Shown here in pieces: positions 10,656 to 20,828 of a DNA stretch of 64,000 nucleotides. Both the position numbers and the translations under genes were made by a program. Origin of the DNA: an uncultured Candidatus Rokubacteria bacterium (lineage in GTDB: Bacteria; Methylomirabilota; Methylomirabilia; Rokubacteriales; CSP1-6); NCBI GenBank assembly GCA_963754315.1, contig CAVWFS010000001.1, positions 160,001 to 224,000 on the forward strand, given 5' to 3'. The stretch's first letter is position 1. Every line of letters begins with the position of its first letter. The notes below the pieces were generated by a model that did no database searches, had not been told where the DNA came from, and was given only the letters and a program-made list of their open reading frames with translations.

Positions 10656-10689
10656 GTCCTCAGGAGGCACGTGTGATGGGAGTGAGGTC

Positions 10690-11550
10690 ATGATTCCAGG
10701 TCGGCGGCTCGAGGGTCGGGTCGTCGTGGTGACTGGCGCGAGTCGTGGTATTGGTGCCGCCATTGCGCAACTCTTCGCAGCCGAAGGGGGGCGGATCATT
10801 TGCGCGGCGCGGACGTTGCGTGAGGGCGAGCATCCTCTGGCCGGGTCTCTGGAGACGACGGTGGCGGCCATCCGGGCTGCCGGGGGGGAGGCGCAGGCGG
10901 TCACCGCAAATATCGCGGAGCCCACCGAATGCGAGACGCTGATCCACAGGGCGCGCGATCTCTATGGTCCCGTCGACGTGCTGGTGAACAACGCGGCCCT
11001 GACCTATTACGTACCCGTCAAGGACTTTCCCCTGAACAAGTGGTTGCGCTCGTGGGCTGTGAACTTCCATGCGCCGTTCGTTCTGAGCCAGCTCGTGCTT
11101 GCCGAGATGATTCCCCGCCAGCGCGGGGCGATCGTCAACATCTCGTCGGGCGCAGCGATCGGGCCCGGCCGCGGTCCCTATCCGGATCCCACTGTCGCCA
11201 GTCGCGGCGGGACATGCTACGGCGCCGAGAAGGCAGCGCTAGAACGATTCACGCAAGGAGTGGCCGCCGAGGTCTACCAGTACGGCATTTCGGTGACGTG
11301 CGTATCACCATCGCAGGTCGTGCCGACGCCGGGAACGGTCTACCACCGATTGGTGGGGAGCATGGACGACCCGCGGGGCGAGCCAGCGACACTCATGGCG
11401 CAAGCGGCGCTCCTCCTCGCGACCGAGCCCCTGAATCGTGTCACCGGCCGCGTGACCTACAGCCAGCAGATTCTCAAGGAATTCGGTTGGATCAAGCAGG
11501 CGCGTGGGCGAGGGGTCGAGACTCCTGGCAGTGGCTACTCGCAGGTGTGA
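10690..11550 (+). CDS. Short-chain dehydrogenase/reductase
   Basis: TGASRGIG, LVNNAA, NISS, YGAEK (YxxxK). Confidence 0.9.
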   Translation: MIPGRRLEGRVVVVTGASRGIGAAIAQLFAAEGGRIICAARTLREGEHPLAGSLETTVAAIRAAGGEAQAVTANIAEPTECETLIHRARDLYGPVDVLVNNAALTYYVPVKDFPLNKWLRSWAVNFHAPFVLSQLVLAEMIPRQRGAIVNISSGAAIGPGRGPYPDPTVASRGGTCYGAEKAALERFTQGVAAEVYQYGISVTCVSPSQVVPTPGTVYHRLVGSMDDPRGEPATLMAQAALLLATEPLNRVTGRVTYSQQILKEFGWIKQARGRGVETPGSGYSQV

Positions 11551-11569
11551 GAGCGGACCAGAGGCGCTC

Positions 11570-13981
11570 TCAAGCGGAAACCTCGGCCGCGGGCTCGATC
11601 ACGGCCACGGGAAACTCGACCGTGAAGACGGCGCCGTGCCCGGGATGGTTGGCCACGCGGATCCGGGCGCGGTGGGCGGCGGCGATGCCCATGCAGATTG
11701 CCAGACCAAGGCCAGTTCCGTCCCGGCGAGTCGTGAAGAAGGGGTCGAAGACACGTTCGAGGTGTTCGGAACGGATGCCGGGTCCGTTGTCCGCCACGGT
11801 CAAGGTCACCAGGTGGTCGGTGGCGCTGAGCTCCACCGCCACCGTCCCGCCAATCGGCGTGTGCTCGAGCGCGTTGATCAGGAGGTTGTGCACGAGCTGA
11901 GTGAGCTCGTCCTGATCGCCGAGCACAGGCTCCTCCCGCTCGCCGAGGCGAACGGTGACCGTCAAGCGCTTGGTGGCGAGGGCGGGTTGCACCAGCTCGA
12001 GGGCGTCACGGATCGGGGCCCGCAGATCGAAGCGGCGATGCGGCCTCATGCCCGCGTGTCCCAGGGTGGCCAGGCGGTTGAGGAGGCGCTCGATGCGGTC
12101 GATCTCCCGTTCGACGAGCCGGCTGAAGTCCCCAAGCCACCTGGTATCGCTGAGACGTAGCGGAATGAGCTGCACGAACGTCTTGATGGCCACCAACGGG
12201 TTCTTGATCTCGTGCGCCAGTCCGGAGGCCACGGATTCGAAATAGGTCAGCTTCTCCGCCCGACGGCGCTCGTGCTCCAGTTCCTGGAGCGGTGTGAGGT
12301 CGCTGAAGACCGTGACACCTCCGAGCACAGCACCCGTCGTGCCACGCAGGGGTGACACGGTCGAGATGATCGAGCGCGTGGCAACGCCGTCAGTCAATGT
12401 GAGCTCCGGACAGGTGATGCCGCGGCCGTCGGCCACCGCGCGAGTCAATGGCTCTGCCAGGCACGCTGGCAGCACATTCACCGACTGCAGACGAACCCGG
12501 TCGGCACTGAGACCCGTGAGAAGCTCGGCGGCTCGGTTGAAGAGGGTGATGCGACCGTCGGCGCTGATGGCGATGACGCCGCTGTTCATGGTTGCCACGA
12601 TGTTCTCGATGGCTTCGTTGGCGAGGACGACCTCTGCGTAGAGCTGGGCGTTCTTCACTGCGACCGCCGCCTGGTTGGCCAGGGTACGCAGGAGGGCGAG
12701 GTCTTGAGGGTAGTACCGATCGCCGGAGCGCTTGGGCCCGATCACGATGGCGCCGATGACGACATCGTCGGCAATCAAGGGAAGGACGAGTGCCCACCCG
12801 AGGTCACCGAGGAGACGGTGGCGCTCTCCACCCTCGATCACGTCCCGGGTTGCCCTGAGCGCCTGAAGGATGGACCGAGGCATCGGGTCGGGCACCGGGA
12901 AGGTCTCGCCGGCGGCGACGTGTCGGCTGGTCAGGGTCCCTGTGGTGTTCTCGCCCAAATAAATAGCCAGGCCCTCTGGCTGGACGATCCTGGTGAGCCG
13001 TGTCACCAGGAGGTCCAGGAGCGCTCCCCGGTCGAGAACTTGCGTGAGCGCCTTGCTGATCTCCTGGACCGTTGGCTCATAGTCGGGTTTGGCGCGATAG
13101 AGGTAGCGATCCAGGAGCTTGAGCGCCCCCCCGCGAGCCAGGGGCACGAGAAGACCGCTGCCGAGGAACGCGACCACGAGCAGCGGCCACTCGGTCGGGG
13201 GAAGGTTCGATGACAGTTGGGGCCAGAACCAGACAAGAGGCAGGGCGAGAGGGAGAAGCGACGCGGCGGCCGCAAGGACGAGCATGAGTCCTCGATGGAC
13301 GAAGAACTTCACGTCGAGCAGCCTGTGGCGCACGATGGCGTGGCCGATCAGCAGGAGGAAGACCACGCCGAAACAGGGCCCGAGCCACGTATAGGACGAA
13401 CGGCCGGTCAGCAAGGGCAGGAGCAGATTCGTGGAAATCCCTCCCGCGCTGGTGATGAGGGCGGCCGCACTGACGTACTGCAACCGAGCCCGCGCTCGCC
13501 CCCGCGCGCTCACGGTGTTGCCGAGCAGCACGCCCAGGAAATGAGCCCAGGTGACGAGAAAATACGCGGCGAAGACGGGGTAGAGCGGACCCGCCCTTCG
13601 CGAGAGTCCAGTGGGTGTCATCACCGGATCGAAGAAAATCAGGTGCGTGGTGAGAGAAAGGATGGCGAACAGGCAGCCCAGCAAGATAGACAGGCGCAGA
13701 ACGAGCCGGGAAGGTCGCCGACCGTCGAGCGGGTACACGCTGACGAAGGCGAGCACAGCCGGAGGGATGAGGCTGGCACAGGCGAAGGAAAGACGGAGCC
13801 AGGCCTCGATACCGGTGCCGCCCAGTCGACCGCCCACACCCAGGGTCCAGCCCGCGATGATCAGGGCGGTCAGCGCGAAATAGCGATGGGCCGCGCTCCG
13901 AGCATTGGTGGCCAGGACCGATAGCCCCAGCCCACCCACGGCGATGGCTAACCCGTATAGGAAGAGCTGGAGCGGCGTCAT
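11570..13981 (-). CDS. Membrane sensor histidine kinase (7TM-like N-terminus, GAF, PAS, HisKA, HATPase)
   Basis: Many hydrophobic helices; LAHEIKNPL, NLLINA, DNGPGI, FDPFFTT, GTGLGL; GGAGG before the ATG at 13981. Confidence 0.88.
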   Translation of the reverse strand: MTPLQLFLYGLAIAVGGLGLSVLATNARSAAHRYFALTALIIAGWTLGVGGRLGGTGIEAWLRLSFACASLIPPAVLAFVSVYPLDGRRPSRLVLRLSILLGCLFAILSLTTHLIFFDPVMTPTGLSRRAGPLYPVFAAYFLVTWAHFLGVLLGNTVSARGRARARLQYVSAAALITSAGGISTNLLLPLLTGRSSYTWLGPCFGVVFLLLIGHAIVRHRLLDVKFFVHRGLMLVLAAAASLLPLALPLVWFWPQLSSNLPPTEWPLLVVAFLGSGLLVPLARGGALKLLDRYLYRAKPDYEPTVQEISKALTQVLDRGALLDLLVTRLTRIVQPEGLAIYLGENTTGTLTSRHVAAGETFPVPDPMPRSILQALRATRDVIEGGERHRLLGDLGWALVLPLIADDVVIGAIVIGPKRSGDRYYPQDLALLRTLANQAAVAVKNAQLYAEVVLANEAIENIVATMNSGVIAISADGRITLFNRAAELLTGLSADRVRLQSVNVLPACLAEPLTRAVADGRGITCPELTLTDGVATRSIISTVSPLRGTTGAVLGGVTVFSDLTPLQELEHERRRAEKLTYFESVASGLAHEIKNPLVAIKTFVQLIPLRLSDTRWLGDFSRLVEREIDRIERLLNRLATLGHAGMRPHRRFDLRAPIRDALELVQPALATKRLTVTVRLGEREEPVLGDQDELTQLVHNLLINALEHTPIGGTVAVELSATDHLVTLTVADNGPGIRSEHLERVFDPFFTTRRDGTGLGLAICMGIAAAHRARIRVANHPGHGAVFTVEFPVAVIEPAAEVSA

Positions 13982-14029
13982 CGGACCTCCCTGCGAATCG
14001 GGCTGGTAGGATAGGTGACATGGAAAGCG

Positions 14030-14827
14030 ATGTCTAGCCAGGAGGTCAGCCGTCGACGATTCCTGACACTGCCGCTGATCATGGCCCTGCAGCCGGTGGC
14101 GGTCGCCCTGGCCGGGATCCAGTCTGGGCGGCTCCGGTACGAGTGCGACGTCGGTGTCCTCTACAACGCCCTGCGCTACCGGATGACCGGGTCCGTCGAC
14201 GAGCAGGTGGACCAGGTGGCAGGGCGGTACGAGGTAAAAGTCGAGGGGCAGGGCTCGAGCGTCGCGAACCGCGCCGAGGCCAACGGTATGCTCCAGGACG
14301 GCCGCTGGGTACCCCTCCTCGGCACGTCGTGGGTGAAGATCGCCGGGCGGGAGGGTCGGGCAGAAATCACCTACGACCACCAGCGCCGGGTCGCCCACTA
14401 CCGCTCACGAAGCGAGACGTTCTTCCTGGGACGGCTGCGCGTGGTGGACGACGTGGTGGCGTTCCCTCCCGGCGTACACGTCGACGATATGGTGAGCGCG
14501 ATCCTCAACCACGCCGACGGTCACTGGCTTCCCCAGCCTGGCGGCGTCCTCGAGACACACATGATCCGCCGTCGGCGCACGCCACGGGACGCGACGGAGG
14601 AGACCGGTGGCGAGTATCGGGCGGAGATCGTCCCTCTGGTCCTGAAGCTGGTTCCGGATCCGGTGGATGGCAAGCGCACCGCCCTGCTCGACCTGTCCTC
14701 GCTTTCCAACTGGGCCCTCCCGGATCGGCCAGCTCGGGTCGTATTCGAGGCCGACGGTCGCCCCGAAGTCGTGACGGGCCGTCTGATGTACGGAACCACC
14801 TTCACCCTCCGTTTCGGCGCCGGCTAG
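14030..14827 (+). CDS. Hypothetical exported beta-rich protein with twin-arginine-like signal
   Basis: SRRRFL followed by a hydrophobic stretch and ALA; gene-like codon pattern. Confidence 0.65.
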   Translation: MSSQEVSRRRFLTLPLIMALQPVAVALAGIQSGRLRYECDVGVLYNALRYRMTGSVDEQVDQVAGRYEVKVEGQGSSVANRAEANGMLQDGRWVPLLGTSWVKIAGREGRAEITYDHQRRVAHYRSRSETFFLGRLRVVDDVVAFPPGVHVDDMVSAILNHADGHWLPQPGGVLETHMIRRRRTPRDATEETGGEYRAEIVPLVLKLVPDPVDGKRTALLDLSSLSNWALPDRPARVVFEADGRPEVVTGRLMYGTTFTLRFGAG

Positions 14828-14835
14828 CCAGCCGG

Positions 14836-15780
14836 ATGCACGATCTCGTCGGCGTCGGAGAAGTGTTGATGCGGCTGGCCATTCCGTCGCCGGCCCGCTT
14901 CGAAACCGTTCACGAGCTCGACGTCCAGTTCGGGGGGGCGGAGGCCAACGTGGCGGCGGCGGCGGCCCGGCTGGGGCTCTCGACAGCGTGGGTCTCGGCG
15001 CTCCCTGACAACCCGTGGGGCATGCGGGTGCGGCGCGAGCTCGGCGGGCACGGCGTCGACTGTCGCTACGTGGTAACCAAGGCGAACACGCGCATGGGTC
15101 TCTACTTCGTCGAGTATGGTGCCGCGCCGCGCCCCGTCCGCGTTCTGTACGACCGCCGTGATTCCGCCTTCGCGCGCCTGGAGCCTGGTGAAGTCGACTG
15201 GGGACCGGTCCGGGAAGCGCGATTGGTCCACCTGACCGGGATCACGCCGGCGCTCGGTCCATCGGCTCGTGGCCTCTTCGAGCGGGCCCTGCGGGAGGCG
15301 CGCGCGGTGTCGTTCGATGTGAACTATCGGGCTACCCTGTGGTCACCGCCCGAAGCCCGAGCCTGCATCGTGGGCGTGCTCCCAGCCGTACGGTATCTCT
15401 TCCTCGGCCAGACCGAGGCACGGACGATCTTCGATTTGACGGGCCCCGCGGCGCGCACCGTCGAAGCGCTGGCCCACCTGGCGCCGGGCGCGATCATCAC
15501 TCTCCTCAGGGGGGAAGAGGGTTCGCTCACGCTCGCCGAGGGCCGGTTCTACGAGCCGAGCGCGCACCGGGCCGTCACCATGGTGGATCCCATCGGAGCC
15601 GGCGATGCCTATGTGGCGGGGTTTCTGTGGGCGACCATCAAGGGCGGCTCAGTCCAGACCGCCGTCGATGCCGGCACTGCGGTGGCGGCCCTCAAGTGCT
15701 CGATGTGGGGCGACATTGCGCGCATAGTGGCGGCCGACGTGGAGGAGCTCCTCGGCGGGGGGCCCGACGTCCGCCGCTAG
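14836..15780 (+). CDS. PfkB-family sugar kinase (2-keto-3-deoxygluconate kinase-like)
   Basis: GGAEANVA, YDRRDSA, SFDVNYR, DPIGAGDAYVAG. Confidence 0.88.
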   Translation: MHDLVGVGEVLMRLAIPSPARFETVHELDVQFGGAEANVAAAAARLGLSTAWVSALPDNPWGMRVRRELGGHGVDCRYVVTKANTRMGLYFVEYGAAPRPVRVLYDRRDSAFARLEPGEVDWGPVREARLVHLTGITPALGPSARGLFERALREARAVSFDVNYRATLWSPPEARACIVGVLPAVRYLFLGQTEARTIFDLTGPAARTVEALAHLAPGAIITLLRGEEGSLTLAEGRFYEPSAHRAVTMVDPIGAGDAYVAGFLWATIKGGSVQTAVDAGTAVAALKCSMWGDIARIVAADVEELLGGGPDVRR

Positions 15781-15828
15781 TCACGCAATGTGAGCCTCTG
15801 GGAGGGGCTTTCGGTATAGTCGAAAGCG

Positions 15829-18750
15829 ATGGCAGGTGAGCGGATCCTCGAGGGCCTGAACGACGATCAGCTTGCCGCCGTCACCCACGACGGCGGTCCA
15901 CTACTCATCGTGGCCGGTGCCGGTACGGGCAAGACCACCGTCATCACCCGCCGCATCGCGCACCTCATTGCTCACGGCAAGGCCCGCCCGGAGGAGATCC
16001 TGGCCCTCACCTTCACGGAGAAAGCCGCTGCCGAGATGGAAGAGCGCGTCGACACCCTGGTACCGTACGGGTACGCCGACGTCGAGATCTCCACCTTTCA
16101 CGCTTTTGGCGATCGCCTGGTGCGGGAGCACGCGCTGGAGCTGGGACTGCCACCGGATTTCAGGGTGCTCAGTCGGGCCGAGCAGGTCATCTTCTTCCGT
16201 GACCGGCTCTTTCAGTTCGCCCTCGAGCGATACCGCCCCCTCGGCGACCCCACCCGCCACCTGCAGGCGATGATCTCCCTCTTCAGTCGCTGTAAGGACG
16301 AGGACGTCTCACCGGCGGAATACACGGCGCACGTGGCCAGAATGGCCGCCGCCAGTCCGCAATCCCTGGACGACGAGCGCCGGGAGCGCCTCGCCCAGCA
16401 GCAGGAACTGGGGAACGCCTACACACGCTATCAGGAGCTGATGGCCACGCAGGGTGTGGTCGACTTCGGCGATCAGATTGCCTATGCGCTCCAGCTTCTC
16501 CGCACCCGGCCGTACGTGCGGGCGGCCTGCCAGCGGCGCTTCAAGTACATCCTGGTCGACGAGTTCCAGGACACAAATCACGCCCAGTTCGAGCTGGTGA
16601 AACTCCTGGCCGCGCGCCACCGCAACATCGCGGTGGTCGCCGACGACGACCAGGCCATCTATCGCTGGCGAGGAGCGGCGATCTCGAACGTCCGCGGATT
16701 CCTGGAGTGCTATCCGGAGGCCCGGCGGATCGTGCTCATCGCCAACTACCGGTCGCACCAGAGCATCCTCGACGGGGCCTATCGTCTCATCGTCCATAAC
16801 AATCCTGACCGCCTGGAGGTTGAATACGGAATCGAGAAGCACCTCACCGCGGTCAGGCAGACGTCCGGGCCTGCCCCTCAGCATCGGCACTACGAGACGG
16901 CGACTCAGGAGGCCGACCAGGTGGCCGGTCTGATCCGCGAACGGGTCGAGGAGGGCCGCTGGCGCTTTGACGAGGTCGCTATTCTTGTTCGCTCCAATGG
17001 GGACGCCGATCAGTTTCTGCGCTCCCTCAACCTGCACGGCATTCCGTGGACGTTCTCGGGCAACCAGGGACTCTACGGACGCCCGGAGATCCGGCTCCTC
17101 ATCGCCTTTCTGCGAGCGGTGGCGCATCCGGACGACTCGGTGAGCGTGCACTACGTGGCGTCGTCGGACCTTTATCAGGTGCCGATCGTCGACCTCACGC
17201 GGGCGGCGACCTATGCGGATCGGCGCCACCGCTGGCTGTTCGACGTGCTGCGTCGGGTGGGCGAGATCCCGGACTTATGCGACGAGATCAGCGGGGAGGG
17301 GCTGCTCGCCATCCGCCGTCTGGTGGCGGACCTCGAGCGCTACATGGAACTTGCGCGAGAGCTGCCCACCGGGGAGTTGCTGTACCAGTTTCTCGTCGAT
17401 TCCGGCTGGCTGGCTCGCATGTCCAAGGCGGCCACCGCCCGCGACGAGGCCGAGGTGCAGAATGTCTCGCGCTTCTTCCGCCGCATCCAGGACGCCGCCA
17501 AGGCGCTGCGCTACGACAATGTCCGCGAGTTCGTCAACCACCTGGACGCCCTCATCGAGGCCGGTGAGGACCCGGCCGTGGTGGAGGCTGACACGGAGAC
17601 GCCGGCTGTGCGCGTTCTTACCGTGCACAAGGCCAAGGGCCTGGAGTTCCCCGTGGTGTTCTTGGTCAACCTCGTCCAGGGCAAGTTCCCGGTGCAGCGC
17701 CGGGGCGAGGCGCTGGAGCCGCCTACCGAGCTGATCAAGTATCCGCTCCCGGTCGGTGATGTCCATCTACGCGAGGAGCGCCGTCTCTTCTACGTAGGCC
17801 TCACCCGGGCCCGAACCGAGTTGTTCCTTACCAGTGCTCGGGATTACGGAGGGGCGCGCGATCGCAAGGTCAGCCAGTTCGTCCTGGAGGCGCTCGATCT
17901 GCCGAGGGGAGCGACCCGTCCGTTCGCGGCCAAGGCCCTCGAGGAGATCCAGTGCTACGCGCCACCCGCGGAGAGCGAGCGGGGTGGCGGGCCGCCCCTC
18001 GCCCCGGACCAGGAGCTTCTTCTGAGCCACCGACAAGTTGACGATTACGAGACCTGCCCGTTGAAGTACCGCTACGTCCACGTGCTGCGGGTGCCTATCC
18101 TGCGCCACCATACGGTGGTATACGGCAACACCATCCACAAGGTGGTCGAGTACTACCTGCTGCGGCGCGCCGCCGGCAACTTCACGCCGCTCGACGACTT
18201 GCTCGCCGTCTACGAGCGCGAGTGGGAAAACCAGGGCTTTCTCACCTGGGAGCACGAGGAGGCGCGCAAGGGGGCGGGACGCGCGGCGCTCACGCGTTTC
18301 TGGCACGACGAGGAGACGGAGGGGACCCCTCCCACTCATGTCGAGAAGGACTTCGGCTTCTCGCTCGGGGTCAACCGCGTTCGCGGCCGCTTCGACCGCG
18401 TGGACGAGGATCTGCTGGGCGCGACCATCATCGACTACAAGACGAGCGAGGTCACCCAGCAGAAGGATGCCGACCGCCGCGTCGCGCAGAGCGTTCAGCT
18501 CAAGATGTACGCCCTCGCCTGGCGGGAGATGACGGGCATGCTTCCCCGGCGCGTGGAGCTCCGCTTCATCGAGTCGCGGGTGGTGGGCCGGCACGTGCCG
18601 ACGGCAGCCGACGTCGCGGAAGCGATCGACACGGTGGAGCGGGTGGCACAAGGCATCCGCGGGCGGCGGTTCGAGGCCACGCCTTCCACCCGGGCCTGCC
18701 AGTACTGCGCGTATGCCCAGATCTGCCCGTTCACGGCGACCAGGGAGTGA
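15829..18750 (+). CDS. UvrD/REP-family helicase fused to a C-terminal PD-(D/E)XK nuclease (AdnAB/AddA-like)
   Basis: AGAGTGKT, LVDEFQD, TVHKAKGLEF, EERRLFYVGLTRA; GRFDRVD..IIDYKT..QLKMY; CPLKY..CQYCAYAQIC. Confidence 0.92.
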   Translation: MAGERILEGLNDDQLAAVTHDGGPLLIVAGAGTGKTTVITRRIAHLIAHGKARPEEILALTFTEKAAAEMEERVDTLVPYGYADVEISTFHAFGDRLVREHALELGLPPDFRVLSRAEQVIFFRDRLFQFALERYRPLGDPTRHLQAMISLFSRCKDEDVSPAEYTAHVARMAAASPQSLDDERRERLAQQQELGNAYTRYQELMATQGVVDFGDQIAYALQLLRTRPYVRAACQRRFKYILVDEFQDTNHAQFELVKLLAARHRNIAVVADDDQAIYRWRGAAISNVRGFLECYPEARRIVLIANYRSHQSILDGAYRLIVHNNPDRLEVEYGIEKHLTAVRQTSGPAPQHRHYETATQEADQVAGLIRERVEEGRWRFDEVAILVRSNGDADQFLRSLNLHGIPWTFSGNQGLYGRPEIRLLIAFLRAVAHPDDSVSVHYVASSDLYQVPIVDLTRAATYADRRHRWLFDVLRRVGEIPDLCDEISGEGLLAIRRLVADLERYMELARELPTGELLYQFLVDSGWLARMSKAATARDEAEVQNVSRFFRRIQDAAKALRYDNVREFVNHLDALIEAGEDPAVVEADTETPAVRVLTVHKAKGLEFPVVFLVNLVQGKFPVQRRGEALEPPTELIKYPLPVGDVHLREERRLFYVGLTRARTELFLTSARDYGGARDRKVSQFVLEALDLPRGATRPFAAKALEEIQCYAPPAESERGGGPPLAPDQELLLSHRQVDDYETCPLKYRYVHVLRVPILRHHTVVYGNTIHKVVEYYLLRRAAGNFTPLDDLLAVYEREWENQGFLTWEHEEARKGAGRAALTRFWHDEETEGTPPTHVEKDFGFSLGVNRVRGRFDRVDEDLLGATIIDYKTSEVTQQKDADRRVAQSVQLKMYALAWREMTGMLPRRVELRFIESRVVGRHVPTAADVAEAIDTVERVAQGIRGRRFEATPSTRACQYCAYAQICPFTATRE

Positions 18751-18792
18751 GACCGATTCGCGACCACACGATCTGCTACCATAACTGACGTC

Positions 18793-19047
18793 GTGAGCTG
18801 GTCCGCAACCCTCCGTCTGCGCCTCCATGCCCTGTGGGAACGCTGGAAAGTCATCGCCCATGTCATCGGCAATTTCCAGGCCCGGGTCCTGCTGACCATT
18901 TTCTACTTCGTCATCGCGCCCCCCTTCGCGCTCATCGTGAAGCTGGTACGGGATCCCCTGAGCCTGCGGTTGCCCGCCGGGCCGAGCTACTGGGTGATGC
19001 GCCCGCGCTCGGAAAGCGCCCCCGGCGCCGGGACGAGGCAGTTCTAG
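18793..19047 (+). CDS. Small membrane protein, SxtJ-like
   Basis: W..IAHVIGNFQARVLLTIFYFVIAPPFAL..DPL pattern; directly upstream of a carbamoyltransferase. Confidence 0.65.
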   Translation: MSWSATLRLRLHALWERWKVIAHVIGNFQARVLLTIFYFVIAPPFALIVKLVRDPLSLRLPAGPSYWVMRPRSESAPGAGTRQF

Positions 19048-19049
19048 CC

Positions 19050-20828
19050 GTGTACGTGCTGGGAATCTCGTGTTTCTTTCACGACGCCGCGGCAGCGCTG
19101 GTGAAGGATGGCGTGGTGGTGGGCGCGGCCGAGGAAGAGCGTTTCACGCGCAAGAAGCACGACTACGAGTTCCCCGTGCAGGCGATCCAGGCCGTGCTGG
19201 CCGCCGAGGGTATCAGCAGTGCGGAGCTCGACTACGTGGCGTTCTTCGAAAAGCCCTTCGTGAAGTTCGAGCGCATCCTGATGACGTCGCTGCAGATGTT
19301 TCCGCGGGCGACCCGGCTGTTCCGGGAGGCCATGGTGACGTGGCTCCTGGACAAGCTGTGGGTCAGCGCCCTCATCGAGGAGCGACTGGGCGTGCCGCGG
19401 GCGAAGCTCCTGTTCTCGGAGCATCACCTCTCGCACGCGGCGAGCGCGTTCTTTTGCTCGCCGTTCGACGAGGCCGCCCTCCTCACTGTAGACGGGGTCG
19501 GCGAGTGGGCGACCGCCACCATGGGGCGAGGGCGGGGTACGGAGATCCGCCTGGAACGGGAGATCCGTTTTCCGCATTCGGTTGGGCTCCTCTATTCCGT
19601 CTTCACGGCCTTCCTTGGCTTCGAGGTGAACGAGGGCGAGTACAAGGTGATGGGTATGGCCCCCTACGGGGTGCCGCGCTACGTGGACGAGGTACGCAAG
19701 CTGGTGCGGATGGCTCCCGACGGGAGTTTTCGGCTCAACATGGAGTACTTCGCCTTTCATCGGTCGACGGACCGCCCGTACACGGGCCGGTTCCTCGACC
19801 TCTTCGGCGAACCCCGCGGGGTGGACGAGAACTTCTTCACCGACCGGTCCGGATATCCCTCGTATTTCGGACCGCGTCCTCCCGACTTCGCCGAGCGCGT
19901 GCAGCGCAACCAGCACTATGCCGATCTGGCCGCCAGCATCCAGGCTGTCACCGAGGAACTGGTGTTGAACATGGCCCGGGCGGCCCGCCGCGAGACGGGG
20001 CTGCCGCGGCTGTGCCTGGCGGGTGGGGTGGGCCTGAACAGCGTGGCCAACTGGAAGATCCTCCAGGAGACGGGGTTCGAGGAGCTCTACGTGCACCCGG
20101 CGGCCGGGGATTCTGGTGGAGCGGTGGGTGCCGCCCTCTATGCCTATCACACCCTGCTCGGCAAGCCGCGGGGATTCGTGATGGAGCATGCCTTCTGGGG
20201 CCAAGAGCACCCGGAGGCGAAGGTGCGGGCGTTTCTGGACGCCGAGAACATCGCGTACCAGCGGCTGGACGACAGTGCTCTGCTGGATCGCACAGTGGAC
20301 GCCCTCACGGCTGGGCAGGTCGTGGGCTGGCACCAGGGTCGCTTCGAGTGGGGCCCGCGGGCACTGGGGCATCGGTCGATTCTGGCCGACCCCCGGCGAG
20401 CTGACATGAAGGACATCGTGAACACGAAGATCAAGTTTCGGGAACCGTATCGCCCGTTCGCCCCTTCCGTCTTGGCTGGACGAACGGGCGAGTACTTCGC
20501 GGCGCCCGGAGTGGAACGGCAGTATCCCGCGCGATTCATGCTGCTGGTCACCCCGGTGCTGGAGGACAAACGCGAGGTGATTCCGGCCGTGACACACGTG
20601 GACGGCACGGGGCGTTTGCAGGTGGTGGTGCGCGACGGCAACGAGCGGTACTACGATCTCATCGACCGCTTCGGGCAGGCCACTGGGGTCCCGGTCGTGC
20701 TGAACACCTCGTTCAATCTGCGCGGCGAGCCGATCGTGAACACTCCCGAAGAAGCATACTCGACGTTCGCGCGCAGCGGTCTCGACGCCCTGGTACTGGG
20801 TAACTGCTTCGTGCGCAAGGAGGGATAG
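19050..20828 (+). CDS. O-carbamoyltransferase, NodU/CmcH family
   Basis: HDAAAAL, EEERFTRKKH, HHLSHAASAF, EWGPRALGHRS, KFREPYRPFAP, VTHVDGTGR, LNTSFN. Confidence 0.93.
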   Translation: MYVLGISCFFHDAAAALVKDGVVVGAAEEERFTRKKHDYEFPVQAIQAVLAAEGISSAELDYVAFFEKPFVKFERILMTSLQMFPRATRLFREAMVTWLLDKLWVSALIEERLGVPRAKLLFSEHHLSHAASAFFCSPFDEAALLTVDGVGEWATATMGRGRGTEIRLEREIRFPHSVGLLYSVFTAFLGFEVNEGEYKVMGMAPYGVPRYVDEVRKLVRMAPDGSFRLNMEYFAFHRSTDRPYTGRFLDLFGEPRGVDENFFTDRSGYPSYFGPRPPDFAERVQRNQHYADLAASIQAVTEELVLNMARAARRETGLPRLCLAGGVGLNSVANWKILQETGFEELYVHPAAGDSGGAVGAALYAYHTLLGKPRGFVMEHAFWGQEHPEAKVRAFLDAENIAYQRLDDSALLDRTVDALTAGQVVGWHQGRFEWGPRALGHRSILADPRRADMKDIVNTKIKFREPYRPFAPSVLAGRTGEYFAAPGVERQYPARFMLLVTPVLEDKREVIPAVTHVDGTGRLQVVVRDGNERYYDLIDRFGQATGVPVVLNTSFNLRGEPIVNTPEEAYSTFARSGLDALVLGNCFVRKEG

